DNA of 64,000 bases. Source: Syntrophales bacterium (lineage in GTDB: Bacteria; Desulfobacterota; Syntrophia; Syntrophales; PHBD01). Position numbers and translations under genes: made by a program. The stretch's first letter is position 1; every line of letters begins with the position of its first letter. Under the pieces are notes generated by a model. It saw only the letters and a program-made list of their open reading frames with translations, had not been told where the DNA came from and made no database searches. Of the stretch, positions 9,177 through 19,520 are shown piece by piece. Location of the stretch: positions 2,656,001 to 2,720,000 of the forward strand of contig OY764159.1 in the NCBI GenBank assembly GCA_963668175.1, in the 5' to 3' direction.

Positions 9177-10289
9177 ATGAAAGGCGCAAAGGCAAAGAAA
9201 GACAAAAGGACGATCACGGCGCTATCCCTGCAGGGCGGCGGGGCCAGGGGCGCGTACGAATACGGCGTCATCAAGGCGATCTACGAAATGCGGGGGAAAA
9301 ACTTCCATCCGCGCGCCGTCGCGGGCATTTCCATCGGGGCGATCAACGGCGCGGTCCTCATCGGCGCCAAGGGCGATCCCATGGAGGCCCTGGACGAGCT
9401 TTGGCGGAAACGGTTCTGCGTGGACAACCCCATGACGGCGTGGCTTTCGTGGCTGCCGAACTTTCCGGAGGAGTGCTTCACGCTGCCCTTTGCCGGATAT
9501 CCGGAGCAGGCCCTTTCGCTCTTCGGCAATCCCGGAATGTACAGCCTGAAGCCGGAATTCGCATTTGCGCCGTGGCTCGCGTCGCTCAACGAAACGAGCG
9601 TCTACGACACGTCCGCGCTGAAAGAGACGCTGCACGATCTTATCGACGTCCGGAAGCTGAACAAACCGGAGGAGACGCGATTCATCGTCACGGCCGTCAA
9701 CGTCACGACCGGGCAGCACGCCAAGTTCGACAACGCCAGGACGGAGATAACGCTTTCGCACATCCTCGCGAGCGGCAGTTTCCCCGTGACCTTCCCCATG
9801 ACGGAGATCGGCGCGCACCACTACTGGGACGGCGGCGTCTTCATCAACCTGCCCATCGCCGCCGCGGTGAACGCCCTGGAGGACGTGGAGTCCGACGATC
9901 CCGAAGTGGAGCGGGAGCTGATCTTCGTGGAGCTGCACAAGATGAATGAGGAGATTCCGCAGTCGATCCTCGGGGCGACGGAGCGGTTCTACAACATGCT
10001 TTTTTCGGGGAAGATGGCCATCGACAGGAAGATCCTGAGCCGGTACCGCACCTTCGTGGATCTCGTCCAGGAAATCGAAAAGGTCATCCCTGCCGACAGC
10101 CCCATCCGCAAACACGCAGGCTACAGGGAACTCTCCCGGCACCGGCGGATCGACAAGGCGATCATCGTCGGCGAGAAGGGGACCGGCGCCACGGGCTCGT
10201 CGAGCGACTTCTCCCGCAAGACCCTGGAGCACCGCATCGAAGCCGGCTACGCCGACGCCCTGGCCGCCTTCAAGGCGGAACCGCTGTAG
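9177..10289 (+). CDS. Patatin-like phospholipase
   Basis: GGGARG, GISIG (GxSxG) and DGG motifs. Confidence 0.92.
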   Translation: MKGAKAKKDKRTITALSLQGGGARGAYEYGVIKAIYEMRGKNFHPRAVAGISIGAINGAVLIGAKGDPMEALDELWRKRFCVDNPMTAWLSWLPNFPEECFTLPFAGYPEQALSLFGNPGMYSLKPEFAFAPWLASLNETSVYDTSALKETLHDLIDVRKLNKPEETRFIVTAVNVTTGQHAKFDNARTEITLSHILASGSFPVTFPMTEIGAHHYWDGGVFINLPIAAAVNALEDVESDDPEVERELIFVELHKMNEEIPQSILGATERFYNMLFSGKMAIDRKILSRYRTFVDLVQEIEKVIPADSPIRKHAGYRELSRHRRIDKAIIVGEKGTGATGSSSDFSRKTLEHRIEAGYADALAAFKAEPL

Positions 10290-10301
10290 GGCGCTCTTAG
10301 A

Positions 10302-11728
10302 TTACGATGTACGGCTCAGTTTATCGATAATGGCCTGCGCTTTGTTCTTGCGGTGTGTTCCAAGATGCTCATAATCGAGAGCTATTCTAAGGTGATGAAG
10401 AGCTTTTTGATTGTGCTTTTTACGTCCAGCCGTATTACGTGCTGAGAGTGCAAGCGAGGTTCTGCCGATTGTGTAGTGTATCTCCGCCGCTGTAGACGTG
10501 TCAGGAACTGCATTGATGCAGTCGGCAAGCGTTTTAATTCCTCTGTGATCCGGCAGATCTTCCCGAAAGAAAAGAGTGCGGGCGGCATTTGGTTTCGATA
10601 AATAATTTCTTAAATTTTCTCTTGATACGTCAACACTATTTTCGGGCTTTATGAATACGTCGAGTTTGTTGGATCGCAGTACCCCGTGACCTGTATCGAA
10701 TTCGATCCAGAGGGTGTGCAAACCCGCACGACGGAATGTGTAGCCACCTGATTGACCGAAAACCGGTATATCGCGTCTATACGGTTCAATCTGTGTAATC
10801 TTTCTCATCTTATTTACGCCGCAATAATGTTGGGGTGATCGATATAGATGCCGTTCGCGCAGAGAATCTTCTATCATAAGCCGGAATCTTCCATATCCAG
10901 GGTCGAGCTCGTCCGGGATATCAAATGACGGTTTTCCACCTCCGATCAACCGCAACTCAATGTCGAGTTGTATGGGTTCAAATTTCCAGAATTCCCGCGG
11001 CCAGCAATTTATATTGAGTTCCAGTCCGAACGGCATTGACGATTTTGCCGCATACGGAGGGATATTCAGGTTGCCGTAAGTGCCCGTGTCCATAAAGGGA
11101 CTTCCGCCAGGGCGAACATTAGGATTTGTTGAACATTGCGAAAGCCAGTCTTTTTGATCCTCGCTGAAATGAAAGCAGCCGGACCGTACGGCTTCTCCAC
11201 TTGACTCCGTGCCATAAAATTAATGGAATCTTCATCATGATGAAGATTAAAAACATGGCCGAGTTCATGTACTGTTGTGAAAAGGACCTCTTCCGCGTAA
11301 GATTCTTCGTCGCTACGCAATTCAGAGATTGCGCCGAGAAACACGGCGCATCCTTCCCGCGGCACCTTTGTGAATAAATCGACACTATTGAGGTCGTCAT
11401 CTGTCGCGAAACCTCGATCGAACATGACACCTAAAGCCGGCCTGAAAGGCTCATAGCTTTCGGCAAGGAGAATTCCGATTCGCGAAATGGGGCCTTCGAT
11501 AGGATTGCCCGTCAGATAGGCGAGTGCGTTATGAAGTTCAAGGGCCGTGACCGAACTGTCTTGCGAAAGCGGGTGCCGGATCATCTTCGGTTCCGTGCAG
11601 GCAAGCGAGACGTCTCCGCGCGATGCAACTTCGAAATGCTTTTGAATGAATTCGGTCAGATTCGGTATTGACCCATATCGATCGAGTTTGGGGCTCATCA
11701 TTCCGATCTGGCACTCGAGTTTCGTCAT
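10302..11728 (-). pseudogene. Metzincin-like Zn metalloprotease with C-terminal domains, interrupted by a 1-nt frameshift (real or sequencing error)
   Basis: HELGHVFNLHH plus a downstream Met (NFM). Adding one T in the T3 run at 11167-11169 or 11172-11174 joins ORF 11066..11728 to ORF 10302..11093 via FSEDQKDWLSQCSTNPNVRPGGSPF. Confidence 0.75.
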
Positions 11729-12813
11729 TGCATGACCTCAAACGAGATACTGGAATCACTTTTCGGCTTTTCGGTCGCCTTGGTTGAATATGGCAAAGTC
11801 ATTTTATATTTTCCCGCGGGTAGTCCTTTACTGAAATTTATGACGACTGTTTTATTATCGGGTTGCAGCGTAAACGTGAGCCCGTATGTGCTGTGTTCAA
11901 TGAGTTTGTTGTCCTTGTATAAGATTGCTTTATCAGAATATACCTTGAATATTTCCTGGTCTGCGACGACGGAGAATTTTTTGACTTCAGAAGCAGTTAA
12001 ACGACTTGAGCCTTTAAAATAGAACGCTTGCGCTGCAACTGGCAGTTTCGGCGTGACAGCCGTGGCCGTATCGAACGTATGCTGGATATTAACCGCCACA
12101 AGCTTCACATTGTCTTCCTTTTTTTCATCTTCGTATTGAACGACTTTGAACAGCACCGGGCCCCAAGCCTGGCCTGTCCTATTCATTCCCTCCGCATCTT
12201 TCGGCGCATTCATTGCCCCCAGTTCTTTTATAGATTCTTGTTTTAGCGAATCCACTTTAGCCTGTGCCTGTGCAACTTTGACCTCTGCTGCGGCAATGTC
12301 CGCGGCAGTAATTCCGTTGTCTTTGTTTTTTCCCAGCTCTTCAAGTTTCATGAGTGCTGCCTTCGCCTGACTCAGTTCGAGCTGAGCGTCGGCGATCGCC
12401 TTTTGTGCGGCACTTTTCTTATCGGCTACCTTTTTGGCAGCATCCGAAGCGGCCGTGGCACGAGTCGTGTAGACACTCTGTGCCGCATCGGCCAATTTTG
12501 CAGCGACCGTCGTGTTATCGGCTTTAAGTGATACCTTTTTAAGGAGGTTGTTTTCAAAAGACAGGTCGATGGTGTATTTCGACATAAAGGAATACGTCTC
12601 AACGGCGTATTCGTTCTGCGGATCGGGGAGATAGACCCAGTTGTAATCTGCCGTGCCGTCCGATTTCGGGGTCACAAGTAAATATGTTGCGGGAAGGGAA
12701 TACCGGATCCCCTTTTCGTTACCTGTAAATTTCTCAACATGGGTGACAGTTATGCAATTCGTCAGTCCGAGGCAGAAAACAGCTAACGCAATGATTTTCA
12801 TCGAAATGCGCAT
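11725..12813 (-). CDS. Lipoprotein with GIRYSLP/YLPD domain, coiled coil and C-terminal beta-sandwich-like domain
   Basis: Lipobox-like GLTNC; Ala/Lys-rich coiled coil; ATGA overlap with the downstream protease gene. Confidence 0.85.
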   Translation of the reverse strand: MRISMKIIALAVFCLGLTNCITVTHVEKFTGNEKGIRYSLPATYLLVTPKSDGTADYNWVYLPDPQNEYAVETYSFMSKYTIDLSFENNLLKKVSLKADNTTVAAKLADAAQSVYTTRATAASDAAKKVADKKSAAQKAIADAQLELSQAKAALMKLEELGKNKDNGITAADIAAAEVKVAQAQAKVDSLKQESIKELGAMNAPKDAEGMNRTGQAWGPVLFKVVQYEDEKKEDNVKLVAVNIQHTFDTATAVTPKLPVAAQAFYFKGSSRLTASEVKKFSVVADQEIFKVYSDKAILYKDNKLIEHSTYGLTFTLQPDNKTVVINFSKGLPAGKYKMTLPYSTKATEKPKSDSSISFEVMQ

Positions 12814-12815
12814 CG

Positions 12816-13373
12816 CTAATTTCCTCCTTGTTCTGCGATTGTTACACGGATGACCATCTTTTGACCGTTCTTATCCACCGCAGCCCCTTTTTCAGGGCCG
12901 CCCCTGAGCTCAATCGTGTTATCTTTAACAACGATCTTGAAGAGATAAGGAACGGGGACTGTTGCGATATTGGTTTCACCGGGCGCGTTAAAGGCTGTCT
13001 TAACGACTGCGCCGAGCACCTTTGCCAGGGCATCTACGGTAGCCCCCGGGACAATCGTTTCATCGACAATCGCCGCGGCCTGGGTCAACATGCCCGCATC
13101 GAACTGCAGCGTGCTTTCGTTGGTGGCGAAATAAGCATAGGGTTTAGCGGACATCTTCTGGGATATGTCCGGCAGAAACTTGATCTCGCTGACGATGCCG
13201 CCCTTCCCGTCAGAATGAACGAATAGATAGGGCGCGGGTTGGTAATAGCGGAATCCGCGTGCCGCTTTATCGCGCTCTGCATCTTTTCCCAGCGTCTCGA
13301 CACTGAGGCCCGCACATGCGTATAGTGTATTGATCACGAGGAATACAGAGAACCATGTGAAAAATCTCACCAT
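12816..13373 (-). CDS. Lipoprotein paralogous to the downstream lipoprotein
   Basis: Lipobox-like LYAC; GFRYYQPAPYLFV...FLPD aligns by eye with GIRYSLPATYLLV...YLPD; GGAG RBS. Confidence 0.85.
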   Translation of the reverse strand: MVRFFTWFSVFLVINTLYACAGLSVETLGKDAERDKAARGFRYYQPAPYLFVHSDGKGGIVSEIKFLPDISQKMSAKPYAYFATNESTLQFDAGMLTQAAAIVDETIVPGATVDALAKVLGAVVKTAFNAPGETNIATVPVPYLFKIVVKDNTIELRGGPEKGAAVDKNGQKMVIRVTIAEQGGN

Positions 13374-14177
13374 ATATGATCTCCCTTCCGAAAATGTATT
13401 AGTCGGGTTTCCCTTAATCGATACATTTTCATGGTGTTAATTAGATGAAAGACCCGCCGGACGCGAGAGGCTTTTTTTGAGGTCTCCATTGAGGAAGACA
13501 ACATGCGTCCTTGTAAAGAGAAAAATCGCGGGTAACAATTCTTTGAATCACCCACAGGTAATCGATATGCAGCCCTGCTTCAGAAAAAGGGCAAATAATG
13601 GATATTCAAAATCTGGACGAACGGGATAGTCGGAAAGAGGATCAGGATGATCATTCTCGGTTAACTTTTAAATCAAAAGATCGTATAACCGTCAAGTAAT
13701 ATATAGTTAAATAATGTTATAAATATATGCAATAATGTTCATATTATGTGTAAGTGTCTGGGCTTTTTAAAAAATGATTACGATTTCCGTGACAGACTTT
13801 CGGGAAGGCACGATGCAAAGGATTCGGAGTTGCAGGGAACGAATAAAAACCGCGGATGTTTTGCGTGAGGAAGGGACGGATGCAGCGGACGCCGGGGCAA
13901 GACAAGGCGGGCTTCGCGCTTGAGATAAAGGCCGCAGGCGCGGCGGTTCCTGTGTTTTCCCGGTTCAGGCAACGGCGCATCGTGCGATGCACGGTGTTTG
14001 CGGGGGAGGGCGGCGGGGAATAGCCGGCGTGGCAAAGCCTGACGCCCGGCGGGCAATAGTCGCGGATAATGCCGTCCAAGCGCTTCTGCCGGGACCTGCG
14101 GACAAGGTGGGCGGCGTGTTTCCCCAAACATAGGGCCATGACACGGCGGCCGGGCGGTCTAAAGACCGCGCCCCCCC

Positions 14178-16556
14178 TTACCGCATCTGCTTGACGGCGA
14201 GGACGGCCTGGTTGCAGAGGGTCTTCATGTAGGAGGTCTTGTTGCCGGGGAGGATGTCGCCCTTCTTCCCCTTGTCGGCGTAGAAGACGCCGATGGGCTT
14301 GCCGCGGATGACGATGGGGTACACGACGAACGCCGGGGCGCCGATGAGCCGGACGTACCACTCGGGGATCAGGGGCTTGACGCCCGGATCGTCCGTATCG
14401 TTGACGATGATCTCCTGGTTGGTTTCGATGGCCGCGTTGAAGGCGTCGCCCGCCGTGGCGGTCTTGAAGCTGAATTGGTTAAGGAGCTGCTGCGTGTCGG
14501 CGCCGAAGGCGAACCGGGCCGTCATCCTGCCGCTCCGGGCGTCCATGACGCAAAGGACGACGCGCTGGAACCCGAAACCCCGGTACATGGTCTCCAGGAT
14601 CATGTAGAGGACGTCGTTGAGCTGGGCGTCGCCGAGAAGAACGTTGCTGATTTCCTGGATGCCCTCGATGAGGACGCTGTCCGGTTCTTCGGCCGCAGCG
14701 CCGGCTGTGGCGGCTTTGCCCGGTCCCGATACGGCGGCCGGCGCCGCCGCCCGTCCCGGAAGCCCGGAGGCGAATGCCGCTGCTGCGGCGGCGGGAGCGG
14801 CGGGCACGCCCGTCTCGTGCAGGACGCGGTTCAGAAGGTCGCTCTTCCGGACGTCGATCTTTAACGCGTCGGCGTACCGCATCATCTCCCTGGCCCCGTT
14901 GAAAATCAGATCGTGCATCTGCTTGTCGTTGTGGCGGATGGCGTCGCGGTAGCGGGCGGCGAGGGCCTTGAAGGCCTCGGCCCGGGCGGGACCCTCCGTC
15001 GTCCGCAGGATCTCGCACATGGCGTTGGCGCAGTTCGCCACGACCTTCAGGACCTCCCCCTCGGATTTGGGTTTCGCGACCCGGCCTTCCGGCAGGCGGC
15101 ACAGGCTGTCGACGATGATCTTCGGGAAATTCCACGTCCGCAGGACCGCCATCGCCAGTTCCTCGTAGGCGACGCCCAGCACCGAGAGCGACGCCGCGTG
15201 TTCGTTCAGGTTCTTCTTCGCCATCCGCTCCCGGATGGCGCCGTACTCTTCCGGGAAATAGAGGATCACGAGGTGTTTGCCCAAGTTGTGCATCATCCCG
15301 CAGATGAAGCTCTCCTCGATGCCGCGGCCGGAGACGCCTTCCGAGAGCTTGCCCGAGATCAGGCCGGCCATGAAGGAGGCGACGGCCGAATCCTTCAGGT
15401 CCGCCACGTGGCTGTGGTTCTGCAATTGGTCAAAGAGCATGAGGCCGATGGCCGTCATCCGGACCCGTTCGAACCCGAGGACGACGACGGCCCTTGTCAC
15501 CGTCGTGATCTTCCCCGAGAGCTGCCCGTAGAAGGCCGAGTTGACGAGCTTCAGGAGTTTGCTCGTCAGGGAATAGTCCCGGAGGATGACGTTGGAAAGG
15601 TCCGAGGCGGAGACGGCGCTGGCGTTGGACGTCGATGTCTTCTGGTTGATTTCCGAGATGTTCTGGGAGAAGGTCGGGAAGTCCTTCATACGGGACATGC
15701 GCCTGATGAGGAAGTCGACCGTGCTGTGGCTCTTGCCGTCTCTGTCCCCCATGCTCTCGTCGGGATTCAGGTAGTCGTCCAGGTCGCGCTTCATCTCCAG
15801 GGCGCTCGCGTACCGGTCTTCCGGCTGTTTTTCGATGGCCCGCATGACGATGTGGTCGATCCTGGGGTCCACCGCGCTGTTTCGGGCGGAGGGCGGCTCG
15901 ACGGGATCGAAGGCGATGCGGTACAGGACGTTCACGTCGCTGCCCTTGTCGAAAACGGGCTTTCCGGCGAGCATTTCGTAGAAGATGAGGCCGAGGGAGA
16001 AGAGGTCGGACGCAGGGCCGAGGGTCTGGCGGTTGAGCTGTTCCGGCGACATGTAGCCGCTGGTACCCGACAGTTCCGGCTCCGAGCCCGTCGCGACGGC
16101 GATGCCGAAGTCCAGGATGCGGGGGACGTCCTTCCCGTCGATCATGATGTTCGCGGGCTTCAGGTCCCGGTGGACGATGCCGTGGTCGTGGGCGTAGGCG
16201 ATGCCGTCGAGGAGCCGGCTCATCAGCCGGGCCCCGTAAGCGACGTCCAGCTTGCCTTTGCGGGCGATCAGCTCCTTCAGGGTCGTGCCCTCGACGTATT
16301 CGAACACGATGTAGACCATGCCCTCGTGCTCGTCCGCGTCGTAGACGGTGACGATGTTGGGGTGCTGGAAGCGGCTGATCGTCTGGGCCTCGCGGATCAA
16401 CTGCTGGGTGTGGGCGCTCCGGTGCTGCGGCTGTAGGTTGAGGACCTTGATCGCCACCCGGCGGGCCAGGTGGGGGTCGTCGGCGAGGTATACCCGTCCT
16501 TGGGCTCCTCTGCCCAGTTCCCTGACGACTTTAAATCGGCCGATCCGGTCTTCCAT
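14178..16556 (-). CDS. Ser/Thr protein kinase - HDOD - GAF-like fusion
   Basis: GRGAQG, VAIK, HRDLKPAN and DFG motifs; HDOD-type ILRDYSLTSKLLKLVNSAFY...MHNLGK; C-terminal GAF-like region. Confidence 0.92.
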   Translation of the reverse strand: MEDRIGRFKVVRELGRGAQGRVYLADDPHLARRVAIKVLNLQPQHRSAHTQQLIREAQTISRFQHPNIVTVYDADEHEGMVYIVFEYVEGTTLKELIARKGKLDVAYGARLMSRLLDGIAYAHDHGIVHRDLKPANIMIDGKDVPRILDFGIAVATGSEPELSGTSGYMSPEQLNRQTLGPASDLFSLGLIFYEMLAGKPVFDKGSDVNVLYRIAFDPVEPPSARNSAVDPRIDHIVMRAIEKQPEDRYASALEMKRDLDDYLNPDESMGDRDGKSHSTVDFLIRRMSRMKDFPTFSQNISEINQKTSTSNASAVSASDLSNVILRDYSLTSKLLKLVNSAFYGQLSGKITTVTRAVVVLGFERVRMTAIGLMLFDQLQNHSHVADLKDSAVASFMAGLISGKLSEGVSGRGIEESFICGMMHNLGKHLVILYFPEEYGAIRERMAKKNLNEHAASLSVLGVAYEELAMAVLRTWNFPKIIVDSLCRLPEGRVAKPKSEGEVLKVVANCANAMCEILRTTEGPARAEAFKALAARYRDAIRHNDKQMHDLIFNGAREMMRYADALKIDVRKSDLLNRVLHETGVPAAPAAAAAAFASGLPGRAAAPAAVSGPGKAATAGAAAEEPDSVLIEGIQEISNVLLGDAQLNDVLYMILETMYRGFGFQRVVLCVMDARSGRMTARFAFGADTQQLLNQFSFKTATAGDAFNAAIETNQEIIVNDTDDPGVKPLIPEWYVRLIGAPAFVVYPIVIRGKPIGVFYADKGKKGDILPGNKTSYMKTLCNQAVLAVKQMR

Positions 16557-16659
16557 ATCCGTAATCCTTGGTTTTCACGTTATAACCTATTTGTGAAAAC
16601 ATTGCAATACGTATGCTGCCGCGTAAGATGAGGACGGACGGCCTGGAATAAGGGGGAGG

Positions 16660-16870
16660 AGGCGGGGTCGGCGACCGTCGTGAAATCGGGACACGCCATC
16701 GTCGAAAGCGGGATATCCCTTGTCTCGTACCAGTAGTGGCGCAGGCCGTAGATTTCCGGGTTCCGGTAGCCCTCGCAGTAGGGGTAGTGCGTCACGCAGG
16801 CGGGGCTGCCGTCTCTGTTCAGTCGATCGAGGGCATAGACGGCGGCGTAATCGACCTTCGATATGCCCGA
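16660..16870 (-). pseudogene. Possible gene remnant
   Basis: The core of ORF 16580..16984 (VDYAAVYALD...YGLRHYWYE) has GC3-biased codons but no credible start or RBS. Confidence 0.3.
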
Positions 16871-16942
16871 GAGAAGTTGAACCTTTGTCAGTCCGGATGT
16901 ATTTTTTTCAACGCTTTTTCGGGGCCGGGATGCGGAACGCGA

Positions 16943-16972
16943 TTGACACGCCGCGCCATATTGCCCTATGAT
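16943..16972 (+). promoter_or_regulatory. Sigma70-type promoter
   Basis: TTGACA-18 bp-TATGAT upstream of the flavodoxin-family gene. Confidence 0.55.
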
Positions 16973-17025
16973 TTCACGAAACACCGGGGTTTGGCGGCCC
17001 CGGTTTCACGGGGAGGGAAAAGGCG

Positions 17026-17694
17026 ATGAAGATTCTTGGCATCAACGCGAGTCCGAAGGGGGGCAGGAGCGAGACGGCGAAACTGGTCCGCGCCGTCCTC
17101 GACGGGGCGAAGGCGGCGGGCGCGAAAACGGAGTTCGCGGACGTCTGCAAACTCAACATCGAATACTGCATCGGCTGCGGCGTCTGTTATAAAAAAGGGA
17201 AGTGTTTCCAAAAGGACGACTTCGCGGCCCTGTACGATAAAATCCTGGCCGCCGACGGCATCGTCGTGGGCTCTCCGAACTACTTCCGGTCAGTCTCGGC
17301 CCAGTTGAAAACCGTTATCGACCGCATGGCCGACGCGATCCACTGCCAGCTTCTTTCGGGCAAGTACGCCGTCGTCGCGGCGACGTCGGGCGGCACCGGG
17401 CAGGACAGGCAGGTGACGGACTACCTGACGGATATCATGGTCAACTTCGGGGCCTTCGTCACGGGGACCGCCGGCGTGGCCGTTCAGCAGGGGCCGAAGC
17501 GCTTCCGGGGCGCCGTGGAGAAGGCCTTCCGCCTCGGCGAAACCCTCGTTTCCGACATCGGGGCCGGCAAGATCCACCGGAAGCAGGCGAAGCTCCATGC
17601 CGCGAACCGGGCCTATTTCCAGGCCCTGACGAAGATGCACGGGGACGAATGGGCGAGCGAATACCGCTACTGGGACGCGAAGGGCTGGAAGTAG
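17026..17694 (+). CDS. Iron-sulfur flavoprotein / NADPH-dependent FMN reductase family
   Basis: MKILGINASPK, CIGCGVC...C, GSPNY motifs. Confidence 0.92.
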   Translation: MKILGINASPKGGRSETAKLVRAVLDGAKAAGAKTEFADVCKLNIEYCIGCGVCYKKGKCFQKDDFAALYDKILAADGIVVGSPNYFRSVSAQLKTVIDRMADAIHCQLLSGKYAVVAATSGGTGQDRQVTDYLTDIMVNFGAFVTGTAGVAVQQGPKRFRGAVEKAFRLGETLVSDIGAGKIHRKQAKLHAANRAYFQALTKMHGDEWASEYRYWDAKGWK

Positions 17695-17795
17695 GGATAG
17701 AAGGAAGAAGAACGGGAACGTGAGAGGGTGCAGGGTCGATACGGAAGCGGGATCATGGACGGCAGGCAGCCGAAGACGCCCCCGCCCGAGCGCGG

Positions 17796-17951
17796 CTATT
17801 TGATGTCGTGGGAATCCCTGTAGAGCTCCTTGAGCTTGTCGTAGAGGCTTCGGAGAACGACGTCCGGAGTCTGCGCGGAATAACCGCCCTGCGAGGACGC
17901 CATGGTCATTTCGAGAGCCTTGTTCAAGCACCATATCTTGTCGACTTCCAT
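17796..17951 (-). CDS. 51-aa small protein
   Basis: MEVDKIWCLNKALEMT...LRSLYDKLKELYRDSHDIK, preceded by AAGGAGG. Confidence 0.7.
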   Translation of the reverse strand: MEVDKIWCLNKALEMTMASSQGGYSAQTPDVVLRSLYDKLKELYRDSHDIK

Positions 17952-18243
17952 TTTCCTTATCCTCCTTTTCTGCGGGATAGCCGCATGATAAACTTCCCGT
18001 CGGAAGAAGCAAGCGAAATCGATACGAGGCGCAACCCGCCCGGCGGCAACATGCCTGTCCGCAGCTTCGCCGGAAACCGATAACCCGCCCCGCCTTTTCC
18101 CCTTGACAAAACCCGGCCGCTGGTGTTTTGTATGCGGCTTCTGATGCCCGCCAGGGCCGGGCGGGCCGTGACAATCTGCGAATAAACAGGACGGGGCCCC
18201 GAAAACCGCACGCAAGACGTTCAAAAGGAAAGAAATCCTCCGC

Positions 18244-19464
18244 ATGCATTCCCCCGAAAAGACGAGACGGTACCTCCCGTGGATCGCCCTTGCCGCATCG
18301 ACGGGCATCAACATGACCATGGGCATCAACTACTCGTGGAGCGTCATCAAGAAGGCCCTGGTCGTCCAGTGGGGCTGGACGAACGTGCAGGCGTCCCTTC
18401 CTTATACGGCCTACATGTTCGCCTTCACCCTGATGATGATCTTCGGCGGCAGGCTGCAGGACAAATTCGGGCCGCGCAGGGTCGCCACCGTCGGCGGCAT
18501 CCTGGTGGGCATTGGGCTCACGGCCTGCGGATTCGCCGACACGCCTTTCTGGATGATGTTGGGTTACTGCGTCAACGGTTTCGGCAACGGCATGTGCTAT
18601 TCCACGACCATCCCCGCCTGCGTCAAGTGGTTTCCCCCGGAAAAGAGGGGCATGGTCACCGGGATCGTGGTCGCCGGCACCGGCGTGGCGTCCGGCTACT
18701 TCTCCCCCCTTGCCGACTGGCTCCTCGGCAGCTACGGCATCCCCCGGACGTTTATGGTCCTCGGTGCGGGAATCTTCGTCGTTCTCATCGTCCTGTCCCA
18801 GACCGTGAAGAATCCGCCCGAAGGGTACATGCCCGCCTGCGCCCCCGGTGCGCCGGCGAAGCCGCATAACCGGCCCGCTGCGAAAGAGATCGGCTGGCCG
18901 GAAATCGTCAAACAGCCGACGTTCGTCAAACTGTGGCTCATGTATCTCGGGGCGGCGTCGGCGGGGCTCATGATCATGGCCCATATCGCGACCATCGCCA
19001 AGACGCAGGCCGCCTGGGAGAACGGTTTCTATCTCGTCATCGTCTACGCCGTCTTCAACGCGACATCCCGGCTGGTCGCCGGATACCTGTCCGACAGGTA
19101 CGGCCGCCTGCGGATCATGCTGGTCATCTTCGTCGTCCAGATGGTCAACATGGCCCTCTTCATCTTTTACAACACGCCTGCTTCACTGGTCATCGGCACG
19201 GCCGTCATCGGCATGGCCTACGGCGCCGCTTTCGCCCTCTTTCCGCTCGCGACGGCCGATTTCTTCGGCCTGAAAAACCTGGGCGGCAATTACGGCCTCC
19301 TCATCACCTCGTGGGGGTGCGCCGGCCTCATCGGACCCCTCGCGGCGGGCTGGGCCGTCGATGTGACGGGCCGGTACGGATCGGCCTATGTCATTTCCGT
19401 CGTCCTCCTCGCCATGGCGGCCATCCTCGTCCCGACGATCAAAACCGCCAAAAATCCGCAGTAG
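18244..19464 (+). CDS. MFS transporter, oxalate/formate antiporter-like
   Basis: About 12 TM segments; YSWSV, GRLQDKFGPR and KWFP...RG motifs. Confidence 0.92.
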   Translation: MHSPEKTRRYLPWIALAASTGINMTMGINYSWSVIKKALVVQWGWTNVQASLPYTAYMFAFTLMMIFGGRLQDKFGPRRVATVGGILVGIGLTACGFADTPFWMMLGYCVNGFGNGMCYSTTIPACVKWFPPEKRGMVTGIVVAGTGVASGYFSPLADWLLGSYGIPRTFMVLGAGIFVVLIVLSQTVKNPPEGYMPACAPGAPAKPHNRPAAKEIGWPEIVKQPTFVKLWLMYLGAASAGLMIMAHIATIAKTQAAWENGFYLVIVYAVFNATSRLVAGYLSDRYGRLRIMLVIFVVQMVNMALFIFYNTPASLVIGTAVIGMAYGAAFALFPLATADFFGLKNLGGNYGLLITSWGCAGLIGPLAAGWAVDVTGRYGSAYVISVVLLAMAAILVPTIKTAKNPQ

Positions 19465-19520
19465 ACGTCGAACTGTCTCCGGTTTATCGAAAGATGTGCA
19501 AACGGCAGGGGCCGTCCGCG

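Noticed and set aside
13380..13780. Riboswitch (e.g. c-di-GMP-I) upstream of the lipoprotein operon
   Set aside because: A GGGCAAA string lies on the wrong strand and the paired stems are not evident; the region looks like an AT-rich promoter.
16580..16984. 134-aa ORF as a complete gene, or the region as a structured ncRNA
   Set aside because: It has no RBS, its start overlaps the divergent promoter, and I found no tmRNA, RNase P, SRP or 6S hallmarks. It is kept only as a low-confidence remnant.
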